In this document: positions 36,561 to 45,628 of the stretch, one piece after another
Layout of the letters: every line of letters starts with the position of its first letter
How positions within the stretch are numbered: position 1 is the stretch's first letter
Origin: Tidjanibacter sp.
Lineage (GTDB): Bacteria; Bacteroidota; Bacteroidia; Bacteroidales; Rikenellaceae
NCBI GenBank assembly: GCA_045634145.1
Contig: JAZQZS010000005.1
Location: 32,492 to 96,491 of the forward strand
Direction of reading: 5' to 3'
Length of the DNA stretch: 64,000 nucleotides
Position numbers and translations under genes: made by a program
Notes under the pieces: model-generated
Told to the model about the DNA's origin: nothing
The model's database searches: none
What the model saw: the letters and a program-made list of their open reading frames with translations, nothing else

Positions 36561-37665
36561 TATAGTTATCACCGGAGGTGCGGGATTTATTGGCTCGCAC
36601 GTTGTGAGGTTGTTTGTGAACAAGTATCCCGACTACAACATCATCAACCTCGACCTGCTCACCTATGCGGGCAACCTGGCCAACCTCAAAGACATCGAGG
36701 ATAAGCCCAACTACAAGTTCGTAAGGATGGACATCTGCGACTTCGAGGCCTTCTACAAGCTGATGCAGGACGAGAAAATTGACGGCATTATTCACCTTGC
36801 TGCCGAGAGCCACGTCGACCGCTCCATCAAAGATCCCTTCACCTTTGCGAAGACCAACGTGATGGGTACCCTTAGCCTCTTGCAGGCTGCCAAACTCTAT
36901 TGGGAGAGCCTTCCCGAGAAGTTCGAGGGCAAACGTTTCTACCACATCTCGACCGACGAGGTCTACGGAGCTCTGTCGATGAACCACCCCGAGGGTATCG
37001 AGCCTCCCTTCTCGACCACCGCATCGTCGAGCGAGCACCACTTGGCCTATGGAGACGACTTCTTCTACGAGAGCACCAAGTATAACCCCCATAGCCCATA
37101 TAGCGCGAGCAAGGCGGGTAGCGACCACTTTGTGAGGGCCTACCACGACACCTACGGCCTGCCCACGATTGTTACCAACTGCTCGAACAACTATGGCCCA
37201 TATCAGTTTCCCGAGAAGTTGATTCCTCTGTTTATCAACAACATCCGCAAGGGCAAACCCCTGCCTGTCTATGGCAAGGGCGAGAATGTGAGGGATTGGT
37301 TGTATGTCGAGGACCACGCCAGGGCTATTGATGTGATTTTCCACGAGGGCAAGATTGCCGAGACCTACAATATCGGCGGCTTCAATGAGTGGAAGAATAT
37401 CGATATCATCAAGGTGGTGATTAAGACCGTGGACCGACTGCTGGGCAACCCCGAGGGCCACTCGCTGGGACTGATTACCTACGTTACCGACCGCTTGGGC
37501 CACGATGCGAGGTATGCTATCGACTCCACGAAGTTGCAGAAGGAACTCGGCTGGGAGCCTTCGTTGCAGTTCGAGGAGGGCATCGAGAAGACCGTGCGCT
37601 GGTACCTCGAAAATCAAGAGTGGATGGACAACATCACCTCGGGCGAGTACGAGAAATACTATTAA
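36544..37665 (+). CDS. rfbB: dTDP-glucose 4,6-dehydratase
   Basis: 373 aa; TGGAGFIGSH; YSASKAGSDH. Confidence 0.94.
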   Translation: MSSKRSIVITGGAGFIGSHVVRLFVNKYPDYNIINLDLLTYAGNLANLKDIEDKPNYKFVRMDICDFEAFYKLMQDEKIDGIIHLAAESHVDRSIKDPFTFAKTNVMGTLSLLQAAKLYWESLPEKFEGKRFYHISTDEVYGALSMNHPEGIEPPFSTTASSSEHHLAYGDDFFYESTKYNPHSPYSASKAGSDHFVRAYHDTYGLPTIVTNCSNNYGPYQFPEKLIPLFINNIRKGKPLPVYGKGENVRDWLYVEDHARAIDVIFHEGKIAETYNIGGFNEWKNIDIIKVVIKTVDRLLGNPEGHSLGLITYVTDRLGHDARYAIDSTKLQKELGWEPSLQFEEGIEKTVRWYLENQEWMDNITSGEYEKYY

Positions 37666-37689
37666 GTTGTAACATATTGAAAACTTATA

Positions 37690-39195
37690 ATGACACCAAC
37701 TGTTAATACTACTCAGATAGCAAAGAATGCAGTGTTTCTATATTTAAGGACATTTATAGTAATCGTGATTATGGTGTTTTCATCAAGGGTGTTGTTAAAG
37801 TCTCTTGGTGCAGAGGACTTTGGTCTATATAATTTAGTGGGAAGTATTGTTGCTATGTTTACGTCGCTTAGGGTGGTTTTTGCTTCCGCGACACAACGAT
37901 TTCTAAATTATGAGAAGCCTAAGAATGATATACAAGTTTTAAGTAATATATTTGTAATCAGTAAACGATTACATTTGTTTTTAGGTGTTGTATTTCTTAT
38001 TGCTACTGAGGTCTTAGGTGTTTGGATGATACATTATCACTTGAATATACCAGAAGGTAAAGTGCTTGTCTCATATATTATACTTCAGTGTTCTATATTT
38101 TCCGCGATTGTAACTTTGATGACAGTCCCATATGACGCAGTTATTATATCGAATGAAAAATTTAATGCATATGCATATTTGTCAATTTTAGAATGTGTTT
38201 TACAATTAGTTGCGGCATATATAACTCTCTTAATACCAAATAATACCCTTATTTGGTATAGTGTGATGGTTTTAGCCATAGCAATTTTGGTTCGCTTAAT
38301 AAATATGGCGTATTGCTATTTAACATTTCCTGAATGTAAACAGAGAGGATTTGTAGATAAAGCGATTTTTGAAGAAATGGGAAAATTCGCTGGTTGGAAC
38401 TTTCTTGGTAATTTTGCGCTTTCTGTCTATTTAGAGGGTGTCAACATGATACTAAACATATTTGGTGGTGTGATTGCGAATGCGGCACGAGCTATTAGTA
38501 ATCAAGTAATAAAAGGGATTGGTCAGATTTCTGAGAAGTTAACATCAGCATTTGCGCCTCAAGCAACTCATCAGTATGCCTCTGGAAATCTTACTAGTTT
38601 TTACAATCTAATATTTTTATCCTCAAAGTTGACAAATTACTTGTATCTATTTTTAGCTATTCCCGTAGCAATATATACACCTGTTGTTCTTGAAATATGG
38701 TTGGGTGAAATACCTGAATATAGTGTGTCATTTGTAAGAGCATCCCTTTTGTATGGATTTGCAAGAGCTATTCATTCTCCATTAGATTTATGTTTTAAGT
38801 GTTATGGAAAGTTGAAAAAATATCAGATTGTTGAAATTATAATGTTACTGCCAACAATTCCAATAGCTTATCTATTGTTGAGAGGTGGAAATCCTTTGTA
38901 TTATGCTTTGTTGGCTATGGCTTTCACTAATTTTACAAATGACATAATAGTTCTTATATTAGCACATAGAGAATGGGGGTTTAAGGCTAAGGAGTTTATT
39001 GCTAGAATAATTGTTCCTTCTTTTATCGTTTGTATTATTTCTTTTGTCTTGTCAATAGTGTTAATTCATATCACGGATTCTATTCTAGTACAGATTTTGG
39101 GGACAATCTTTTTACTTGCGTTCGTAATATTCTTTGTGGGTTTTAATCGTGCAGAAAGAAATAAATTAAGATCTTATATCATTTTAAGAAAATAA
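37690..39195 (+). CDS. wzx: Wzx-type oligosaccharide flippase (MOP superfamily)
   Basis: 501 aa, ~12-14 TM, AT-rich; position in the locus. Confidence 0.75.
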   Translation: MTPTVNTTQIAKNAVFLYLRTFIVIVIMVFSSRVLLKSLGAEDFGLYNLVGSIVAMFTSLRVVFASATQRFLNYEKPKNDIQVLSNIFVISKRLHLFLGVVFLIATEVLGVWMIHYHLNIPEGKVLVSYIILQCSIFSAIVTLMTVPYDAVIISNEKFNAYAYLSILECVLQLVAAYITLLIPNNTLIWYSVMVLAIAILVRLINMAYCYLTFPECKQRGFVDKAIFEEMGKFAGWNFLGNFALSVYLEGVNMILNIFGGVIANAARAISNQVIKGIGQISEKLTSAFAPQATHQYASGNLTSFYNLIFLSSKLTNYLYLFLAIPVAIYTPVVLEIWLGEIPEYSVSFVRASLLYGFARAIHSPLDLCFKCYGKLKKYQIVEIIMLLPTIPIAYLLLRGGNPLYYALLAMAFTNFTNDIIVLILAHREWGFKAKEFIARIIVPSFIVCIISFVLSIVLIHITDSILVQILGTIFLLAFVIFFVGFNRAERNKLRSYIILRK

Positions 39196-40265
39196 TGGAG
39201 TTTACATTTGGGTTTGACGGTATTATGGTATTCTTACTGTATGGCTTACTTCTAATTTCGCCGTACAATAAAATTCCTAAGATATCAACACATTTAGTAA
39301 TTTTTGTTGGAGTTTTGGCGATTGCTTTGCTTGGATTTGCGCCTGCATTAGAAGTGGTAGGAACAGATAGACCAGGTTATGCATACATGTTTTCTCATGT
39401 CGATGAATATTTTGGATATGAATATAGAGATTTTGGTTGGACTTATTATTTGAAGTTATGTGATTTATTAACGAGTGGTAGTTATACTGGAGGTTTCGTA
39501 ATCTCTGCTGTTATTTATGTGTTCGCCAACATGTATTTTTGCAAGAGGGCATCTGCAGATGGTTATATCTTTATGGTTTTATTATGCTTTTTATCTTTGG
39601 GATTTACAAATCACCATTATAATGTTCTTCGTAGTGGATTATGTATTTCCTTTCTATTGATAGCGATTAGTAAAGGCCAACATAAAATAATTAGTATATT
39701 ATCTTCTATAATTGCCGTGAGTTTTCATAGTTCTGGGCTATTGGTAATTCTAGGTTATTTAATAACATCTAAGTTTAGGGAAACTAAGTTTTTATATGCT
39801 TTTTGGGGCATCATGCTAGTAGCATTATTTGCTGGCATATTTGATTCTTTCGCTCAATATATGGAATTTTTCTCCTCAATGGAAGATGAAAGGTTTAATA
39901 GATATTTATCTGGCAATGATAGAGATTACAATGTGGGTCTAAGATTGGATTTTATAGCTTATTCTTTATTTCCCATAATTGTTGGCGGATATTATATCTA
40001 TAAGAGAAATTATAAAGATGAGTATTATATACACATATACAATACCTATCTATTCAGTAATGCATGTTGGTTAATCTTCAGTAAAATGCCATCTAATGAT
40101 CGCATTGCATACTTATCATGGTTTTTAATTCCCCTATTACTCCTTTATCCTGTATTAAATGATACGCAAAAGATGGGGAGTGTTATTAGGAATAAGAAAA
40201 TATTATTATTTATCTTAATAAGTGTAATAGTGGGGTTAAATTTTTATTTAAAATATATTCGATAA
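39195..40265 (+). CDS. wzy: EpsG-family membrane protein, probable Wzy-type polymerase
   Basis: 356 aa, ~10 TM, EpsG-like N-terminal region. Follows wzx with an ATGA-type junction. Confidence 0.65.
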   Translation: MEFTFGFDGIMVFLLYGLLLISPYNKIPKISTHLVIFVGVLAIALLGFAPALEVVGTDRPGYAYMFSHVDEYFGYEYRDFGWTYYLKLCDLLTSGSYTGGFVISAVIYVFANMYFCKRASADGYIFMVLLCFLSLGFTNHHYNVLRSGLCISFLLIAISKGQHKIISILSSIIAVSFHSSGLLVILGYLITSKFRETKFLYAFWGIMLVALFAGIFDSFAQYMEFFSSMEDERFNRYLSGNDRDYNVGLRLDFIAYSLFPIIVGGYYIYKRNYKDEYYIHIYNTYLFSNACWLIFSKMPSNDRIAYLSWFLIPLLLLYPVLNDTQKMGSVIRNKKILLFILISVIVGLNFYLKYIR

Positions 40266-41221
40266 TGAAAAGACCAAGTGTTTCAATCACTGTTCCAATT
40301 TACAATGTTGAGAAAGATTTACCTCGATGCATTGAGAGCCTAATAAATCAGACATTGAAAGACATTGAAATCATTTTAGTTGATGATGGTAGTCTTGATA
40401 ATTGTGGCAATATATGTGATGATTATGCAAAAAAGGATAGTCGCATAAAAGTAATTCACAAAAAAAACGGAGGTTTGGCAACTGCTCGACAAGCTGGCTT
40501 GGAAGTTATAACAGGGCAATATTATACCGTTTGTGACTCTGATGACTGGGTTGAGCCTAATATGTATGAAGAATTGTATAATGAAGCAAAAAGTGTTAAT
40601 GCTGATATTGTTTTAAGTAATCATTACATAAATTATCCAAATGGGAAACAGATAGAAAGTCCTATATATGAGTATATCAATCAAGATGCGTATATTCTAG
40701 ATATCATGTATCATAAAACATCAGCGAATACATGGAATAAGTTATTTAAAATGTCTACAATTAGGATGTATGACATTAATTATGCAAAAGGTATAAACTT
40801 AGGAGAAGATGCGTTATTCTTATATAAATTACTTTTACACCCGTTGAAAATTTCAACCATTAATAAACCATATTACCATTATCATAGAGATATCAATTCT
40901 AACTCATACACAAATAATGTAACACTAAAAACTGTCGAGCAAAATAAATATGTTTGGGAATGGAAAAGGCTGCACTATATAGATAAAAAATACGATAGAG
41001 CTCATAAATATTCAACTATAAATCTTGCATTTACTGCTATTAGAGCTAATGATGTTGATAGAGAATTCTTTAAGTTAATTGTACAAAATGTATCTTTTGT
41101 CGATATTGTTAAATATAGGTTATTATCGGTTAAAGCAATTCTTATAATTGCGACCAAAGTATTTGGTTTAAGTTTTGGGCGATTTACATATCGACTTTTA
41201 TATAAATTCTTTTATCGCTAA
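40265..41221 (+). CDS. glycosyltransferase family 2
   Basis: SITVPIYNVEKDLPRCIESLINQT; DDGS; DSDD. Confidence 0.88.
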   Translation: MKRPSVSITVPIYNVEKDLPRCIESLINQTLKDIEIILVDDGSLDNCGNICDDYAKKDSRIKVIHKKNGGLATARQAGLEVITGQYYTVCDSDDWVEPNMYEELYNEAKSVNADIVLSNHYINYPNGKQIESPIYEYINQDAYILDIMYHKTSANTWNKLFKMSTIRMYDINYAKGINLGEDALFLYKLLLHPLKISTINKPYYHYHRDINSNSYTNNVTLKTVEQNKYVWEWKRLHYIDKKYDRAHKYSTINLAFTAIRANDVDREFFKLIVQNVSFVDIVKYRLLSVKAILIIATKVFGLSFGRFTYRLLYKFFYR

Positions 41222-41236
41222 TATATCTTTACGAGA

Positions 41237-41698
41237 ATGATAGAGAAAATAATATTCCTGCGGGGGGGGAGCAGGTCCCATATGCTCAAAAAACTATACT
41301 CATTGGTGTGTATGCCGTTTTTAACATTTAAAGGTTCATATATTGGAAGTGGTGCCAAATTTGCTGGCGCTCCAATCTTTCCACATGGAGTAACAGGAAT
41401 ATTTATTTCGTCAGGAGCTGTTATTGGTAAAGACGTTGTAATCTTCCATCAAGTAACTATTGGATCAAACACGCTGAAAGATTCATCTAAGAATGGTTCT
41501 CCAATCATTGGCAATAATGTTTACATTGGTGCAGGAGCAAAAATTATAGGTAAAGTAAAGATTGGAAATAATTGTCGCATTGGAGCGAATTGTGTTGTGG
41601 TAAAAGATGTTCCAGATAACACAACTGTTGTATCACAACCGGCAAGATTCATTATTAAAGAGAGTGTTCCGTCCAATGTCTTTACGAAATTTCAATAA
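41237..41698 (+). CDS. hexapeptide-repeat O-acetyltransferase (CysE/LacA/NodL-like)
   Basis: Left-handed beta-helix repeats IGNNVYIGAGAKIIGKVKIGNNCRIGANCVV. Alternative in-frame start at 41282 (MLKKLYSLV); a G8 tract lies between the two starts. Confidence 0.8.
   Translation: MIEKIIFLRGGSRSHMLKKLYSLVCMPFLTFKGSYIGSGAKFAGAPIFPHGVTGIFISSGAVIGKDVVIFHQVTIGSNTLKDSSKNGSPIIGNNVYIGAGAKIIGKVKIGNNCRIGANCVVVKDVPDNTTVVSQPARFIIKESVPSNVFTKFQ
41262..41269 (+). repeat. G8 homopolymer at the 5' end of the acetyltransferase gene
   Basis: cctgcGGGGGGGGagcagg, embedded in AT-rich sequence. Confidence 0.9.
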
Positions 41699-41709
41699 AG
41701 CATTCGCAT

Positions 41710-42618
41710 ATGAACTATCGAAATATCATAAAATCTCGTGACTTACGAGTGAGGTTGCTGACTTTTCTGGATTGGATACCAGATAGTATCATGCTTAGAT
41801 TGCAGTATTGGTTACAGACAGGCCGAAGACTCGACCTGAAGAATCCCAAGCGCTTTACAGAGAAACTTCAGCTTTATAAGATGAAATACCGCAACCCAGA
41901 TATGCTTCGATGTACCGATAAATATGAGGTGCGAGAGTATATAGAAGAAAAGGGATTGGGTAAATATCTGATACCATTAATTGGGGTTTATGACACTACA
42001 GATGCAATTGATTATTCTAAACTACCAAATCAATTTGTGGCAAAAACAACAGATGGTGGTGGTGGTAATCAAGTACTTGTATGCAAAGATAAGCAGGCTC
42101 TCTCTGAAGAGGTTTTCAAGGAGCGTTTGAGGGGGTGGATGTCTGCCCGAAAAGTAAAAAAGCAAGCCGGGCGAGAATGGGCATATGAGAACGACTACCC
42201 CCGCAGGATTGTCATAGAAGAGCTTATCGGCTCTTCATGTGAGGACTTGATAGATTACAAATTTTTCTGTTTTGATGGTAAAGTGTCTTACATATATGGA
42301 TTGTCAGATAGGAATGTGGGTAAATCTGTACAGTTGGGTGTTTACGATCCGCAATTTAGAAAACTCGAAGTTTCAAGGAATGATGAAAGACCTCAGAATA
42401 TCCCTTTAACGAAGCCACAAAACTTTGATGTAATGATAACAATTGCAGAATCTTTGTCAAAAGATTTTCCCCATGTGAGAGTGGATTTATATAATATCGC
42501 TGGAAACATCTATTTCGGTGAGCTAACTTTTTATGATGGAAGTGGGTACATGACCTTTAATCCAGATTCTTTTGATGAGGAAATGGGGCAATGTTTTAAT
42601 ATAAGGACATTGGTATAG
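41710..42618 (+). CDS. ATP-grasp fold protein, TupA-like
   Basis: 302 aa; ..KRFTEKLQLYKM.. DKYEVREYI .. FVAKTTDGGGGNQV .. DYKFFCFDG .. HVRVDLY.. pattern of the TupA-like ATP-grasp family. Confidence 0.7.
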   Translation: MNYRNIIKSRDLRVRLLTFLDWIPDSIMLRLQYWLQTGRRLDLKNPKRFTEKLQLYKMKYRNPDMLRCTDKYEVREYIEEKGLGKYLIPLIGVYDTTDAIDYSKLPNQFVAKTTDGGGGNQVLVCKDKQALSEEVFKERLRGWMSARKVKKQAGREWAYENDYPRRIVIEELIGSSCEDLIDYKFFCFDGKVSYIYGLSDRNVGKSVQLGVYDPQFRKLEVSRNDERPQNIPLTKPQNFDVMITIAESLSKDFPHVRVDLYNIAGNIYFGELTFYDGSGYMTFNPDSFDEEMGQCFNIRTLV

Positions 42619-42658
42619 GCCATGATATTACAAAATAGAATATAATAGATAGCTTGAT

Positions 42659-43789
42659 ATGACGAACAAGATTTTTATAGTAGTAAATCAGGACTGGTTC
42701 TTTTTAAGTCACCGTTTGCCAATTGGTGTTGCAGCAAAAGAGGCAGGATATGATGTCACCATTGTGAGTGAGGATACGGGTGTGTCATACAAAATCAGGG
42801 AGGCTGGATTGAATACTATTGATTTGCCTATTAATAAGGCAGGAACTAACATCAAAGATGAAATCAAAACTCTCTTTTTCTTATATAAATTATTCAGACG
42901 AGAGGAGCCAGATATAGTTCACCTTGTGGGACTCAAAACAATACTTTGGGGAAGTATTGCTTGTAGACTTGCAGGGGTGAAGTCCATGGTTAGCGCTGTA
43001 TGTGGACTGGGGGTGCTTTTCGATGAAGAGCATGCTCGATCGCTTATGACTCGCTCAATCTTGAAGGTATTACGACTTACTCATAATAAAAAACGCCTTG
43101 CAGTGATATTCCAGAATAATGACGATAAGAAGATTTTTCTGGATGCAAAAATTATGAAGGAAAAACAATGTGCATTCACAAATGGTTCGGGCATAAACCT
43201 TCAAAACTATGATTATACACCAGAGCCACAAGAAGGTCCCGTAAAAGTAATCTTTACAGCTCGAATGGTTGAGGATAAGGGTACGATGGTGCTAATTGAT
43301 GCAGCAGAACAACTCAAATATGACTATGAAGGCAAAGTTCAGTTTCTATTGTGTGGTGGTCTGGATTCTAACCCTAATGGTATTACCAAAGAAATGCTCG
43401 AGAGTAGGTGTGATGGTAAGTATGTGCAGTGGTTGGGACATCGAAAAGATGTTTTGGAGTTATTGAAACAGTCTCATATAATGGCATTCCCTTCGTGGTA
43501 TCGAGAGGGATTACCGAAGTCGGTTATTGAGGCAGAGGCTATTGGTCGACCTGTGGTCACTACAGACTCTGTCGGTTGCCGTGATACTGTCATTGATGGT
43601 GTTAATGGATTTATGATACCAATAAAGGATCCCATGGCATTGGCTAATGCATTGAGGCAACTTATTGACAATCCAGAGCTACGTCAGGAGATGGGTGTAA
43701 AAGCCCGAGAGTTTGCTGTAGGCAAATTTGATATTAATGATGTGGTCAGGGTGCATCTAGATGTATATGATAAACTGATAGCAGAGTAG
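42659..43789 (+). CDS. glycosyltransferase family 4
   Basis: 376 aa; ..REGLPKSVIEAEAIGRPVVTTDSVGCRDTV.. (E-x7-E). Confidence 0.88.
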   Translation: MTNKIFIVVNQDWFFLSHRLPIGVAAKEAGYDVTIVSEDTGVSYKIREAGLNTIDLPINKAGTNIKDEIKTLFFLYKLFRREEPDIVHLVGLKTILWGSIACRLAGVKSMVSAVCGLGVLFDEEHARSLMTRSILKVLRLTHNKKRLAVIFQNNDDKKIFLDAKIMKEKQCAFTNGSGINLQNYDYTPEPQEGPVKVIFTARMVEDKGTMVLIDAAEQLKYDYEGKVQFLLCGGLDSNPNGITKEMLESRCDGKYVQWLGHRKDVLELLKQSHIMAFPSWYREGLPKSVIEAEAIGRPVVTTDSVGCRDTVIDGVNGFMIPIKDPMALANALRQLIDNPELRQEMGVKAREFAVGKFDINDVVRVHLDVYDKLIAE

Positions 43790-43828
43790 TCTAGTATGCT
43801 TATCGTTTCATAAGCAAGACCTGTAAAC

Positions 43829-43873
43829 AACGAAGTCGGTGTTCTTTTAAGAAAGAACACCGACTTCGTTTTT
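43829..43873 (+). terminator. strong intrinsic terminator closing the polysaccharide locus
   Basis: AACGAAGTCGGTGTTCTTT-taag-AAAGAACACCGACTTCGTT: perfect 19-bp stem followed by TTT. Confidence 0.8.
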
Positions 43874-43941
43874 GGAGGACTTATACCACCAACGAGGTGG
43901 AGTCATTGCTTGATAAGTGATATCACCCAAGAAGTGGGCGG

Positions 43942-45615
43942 TTACGCAAACCAGCCGATGATCGACTGAATAATCCATACGATAAACATAATGGCCATAA
44001 CGACGATGGTAAAGACGAGTCGTATGAGTCGGCAGGCCAGCGGGAGAACTCCGATGTAGGAGAGCGCTATGGTTATGGCTGTGATGACCGCAAAACGTCC
44101 CACACCCACCAAGAAACCGCGCCCAAAGCGTCGCAGGGGCGAAGCCACCTGGAACGAGAACTTCGGCATACTCGACTGTCGGCCCCTGAGGCCATAATAG
44201 AGTACTACCAACAACGATAGCAACATCAGTCCGCCTGTGCTTACCTCAAATTTATCCATCCACTTCACGGCCCAAGGAGCCAAGAATTGGAGGTCGCCAT
44301 AGAGCACCAGCAGCAGTGGGGCGAAGAATACCACACAGAGCACCACGGCCAGATTGGCTCCCACCTTGGAGGTCATCGACATTCGCTCCTCCAACTGCTC
44401 CTGCAACAGAGCCTCGTTCGAGCCCGCCTGTGGGAATTTGTTTACCTTCTGCAACACTGCCCAAGCCTTTCCGAATTGGCGCTTGTTGCAGTAGAGGTTC
44501 ACTTGGTCTTTCAGGGAGTCCATCTTCCTCGACATTGGCGAGGTGACGGTAAAGAGCTTCCACTCGGCCCCCACGAGCATACAGATAAACTGCTGTCGGT
44601 CTACTTCGTACTTTACAATGCGGGCCTCGCACTCACACACCTCCAACTCGTGGAAACAGATGGCGGTATTTGTGGGACGCGACACTCTCTGGGGCAGAGC
44701 GGCGAGCATTCCGCCCACGAAGGGGCGCTCGCTCAAACCTGCGGCTTTGTAGTTCTCCTTGTCGATGTGTATTCTCTCGACCACCCTCCAAGGGGTACTG
44801 CGGTCGAAAAGTTCAACCATCTTGGAGGCCTCGTTGTGGGAGATGAGCGAGGGGAAGCGGTAGTCCCAAACGGAGCTGGTGTACTGCTTGCGGGCCAACT
44901 TCCAGAGGCTTACGATGCGCTTGTCGCCACCGCACATTGAGCAGGTTACCTTGCCCGTAGCGCCACAAGTTTTGCAAGGCTCGTCTACATACGTTGTGTG
45001 TGTTATCGAGCCACTACCGTTGCAGTTGGGGCAGGACTTTGTGCCGGTTTTCTGCCTTTCCACATAGCGGCCTTTGAGCTTGCCGCCGTCGGAGTAATCG
45101 TTGTATTGCTCAAAATCTCTTGTCGTGTATGTATAGGAGATGTGTCGTGAGCCTTTGCATGAGGGGCAGGTGTGTTTGGTTACGATTGCGCGCTTAACGG
45201 TGCCTTTGCCGCCACACTTGGCGCAGGTAACCTTGCCCGTAGCACCGCAAGTGTGACAATTGACTATGTGCTCGGTGCCCGATACGGGATGGGTGCTTTC
45301 GTGCGATGTGAATACTGTGGGGTAGGGGTAGAGCGACCAACGGTTTATGTCCGACTCTTTGAAGTAGGTGGTGTTGGCAAAAGTGCGCCCACCGATGCGC
45401 TCAAAGGTGTCGTTGAGAGTTCGGGCGTCGTATTGTGTTTTGAGCACACCTCGGTAGAGTGGTGCGTTCCATACGTCTATGATTTTCAGTTCGTTGCCCA
45501 GATTGGGGCGATTGTAGCCCTCCACGGAGGCGGCCCATTGGTTGAACAACCTGCGGAAACGGCTCTCCTCCGACTGAGAAAAAGCCCTCCTTTGTGCGTC
45601 TTGATATTGTGCCAT
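43942..45615 (-). CDS. hypothetical protein: cytoplasmic domain with six DnaJ-type CxxCxGxG zinc-ribbon motifs plus C-terminal multi-TM domain
   Basis: 557 aa; CHTCGATGKVTCAKCGGKG, CPSCKGSR, CPNCNGSG, CKTCGATGKVTCSMCGGDK; four or five hydrophobic helices in the last ~150 aa. No family recognised. Confidence 0.75.
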   Translation of the reverse strand: MAQYQDAQRRAFSQSEESRFRRLFNQWAASVEGYNRPNLGNELKIIDVWNAPLYRGVLKTQYDARTLNDTFERIGGRTFANTTYFKESDINRWSLYPYPTVFTSHESTHPVSGTEHIVNCHTCGATGKVTCAKCGGKGTVKRAIVTKHTCPSCKGSRHISYTYTTRDFEQYNDYSDGGKLKGRYVERQKTGTKSCPNCNGSGSITHTTYVDEPCKTCGATGKVTCSMCGGDKRIVSLWKLARKQYTSSVWDYRFPSLISHNEASKMVELFDRSTPWRVVERIHIDKENYKAAGLSERPFVGGMLAALPQRVSRPTNTAICFHELEVCECEARIVKYEVDRQQFICMLVGAEWKLFTVTSPMSRKMDSLKDQVNLYCNKRQFGKAWAVLQKVNKFPQAGSNEALLQEQLEERMSMTSKVGANLAVVLCVVFFAPLLLVLYGDLQFLAPWAVKWMDKFEVSTGGLMLLSLLVVLYYGLRGRQSSMPKFSFQVASPLRRFGRGFLVGVGRFAVITAITIALSYIGVLPLACRLIRLVFTIVVMAIMFIVWIIQSIIGWFA

Positions 45616-45617
45616 AA

Positions 45618-45628
45618 CTCTCCCTCCT
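45618..45628 (-). promoter_or_regulatory. Shine-Dalgarno-like AGGAGGGAGAG in the 13-nt gap before the 557-aa gene
   Basis: Minus strand reads TAG-AGGAGGGAGAGTT-ATG, with AGGAGG 7 nt from the ATG. Confidence 0.3.

Noticed and set aside
37690-43789. Calling the AT-rich block a mobile element or genomic island.
   Set aside because: There is no integrase, transposase, tRNA attachment site or flanking direct repeat. All genes are standard polysaccharide-locus functions. It is better described as a horizontally exchanged serotype cassette within the locus.
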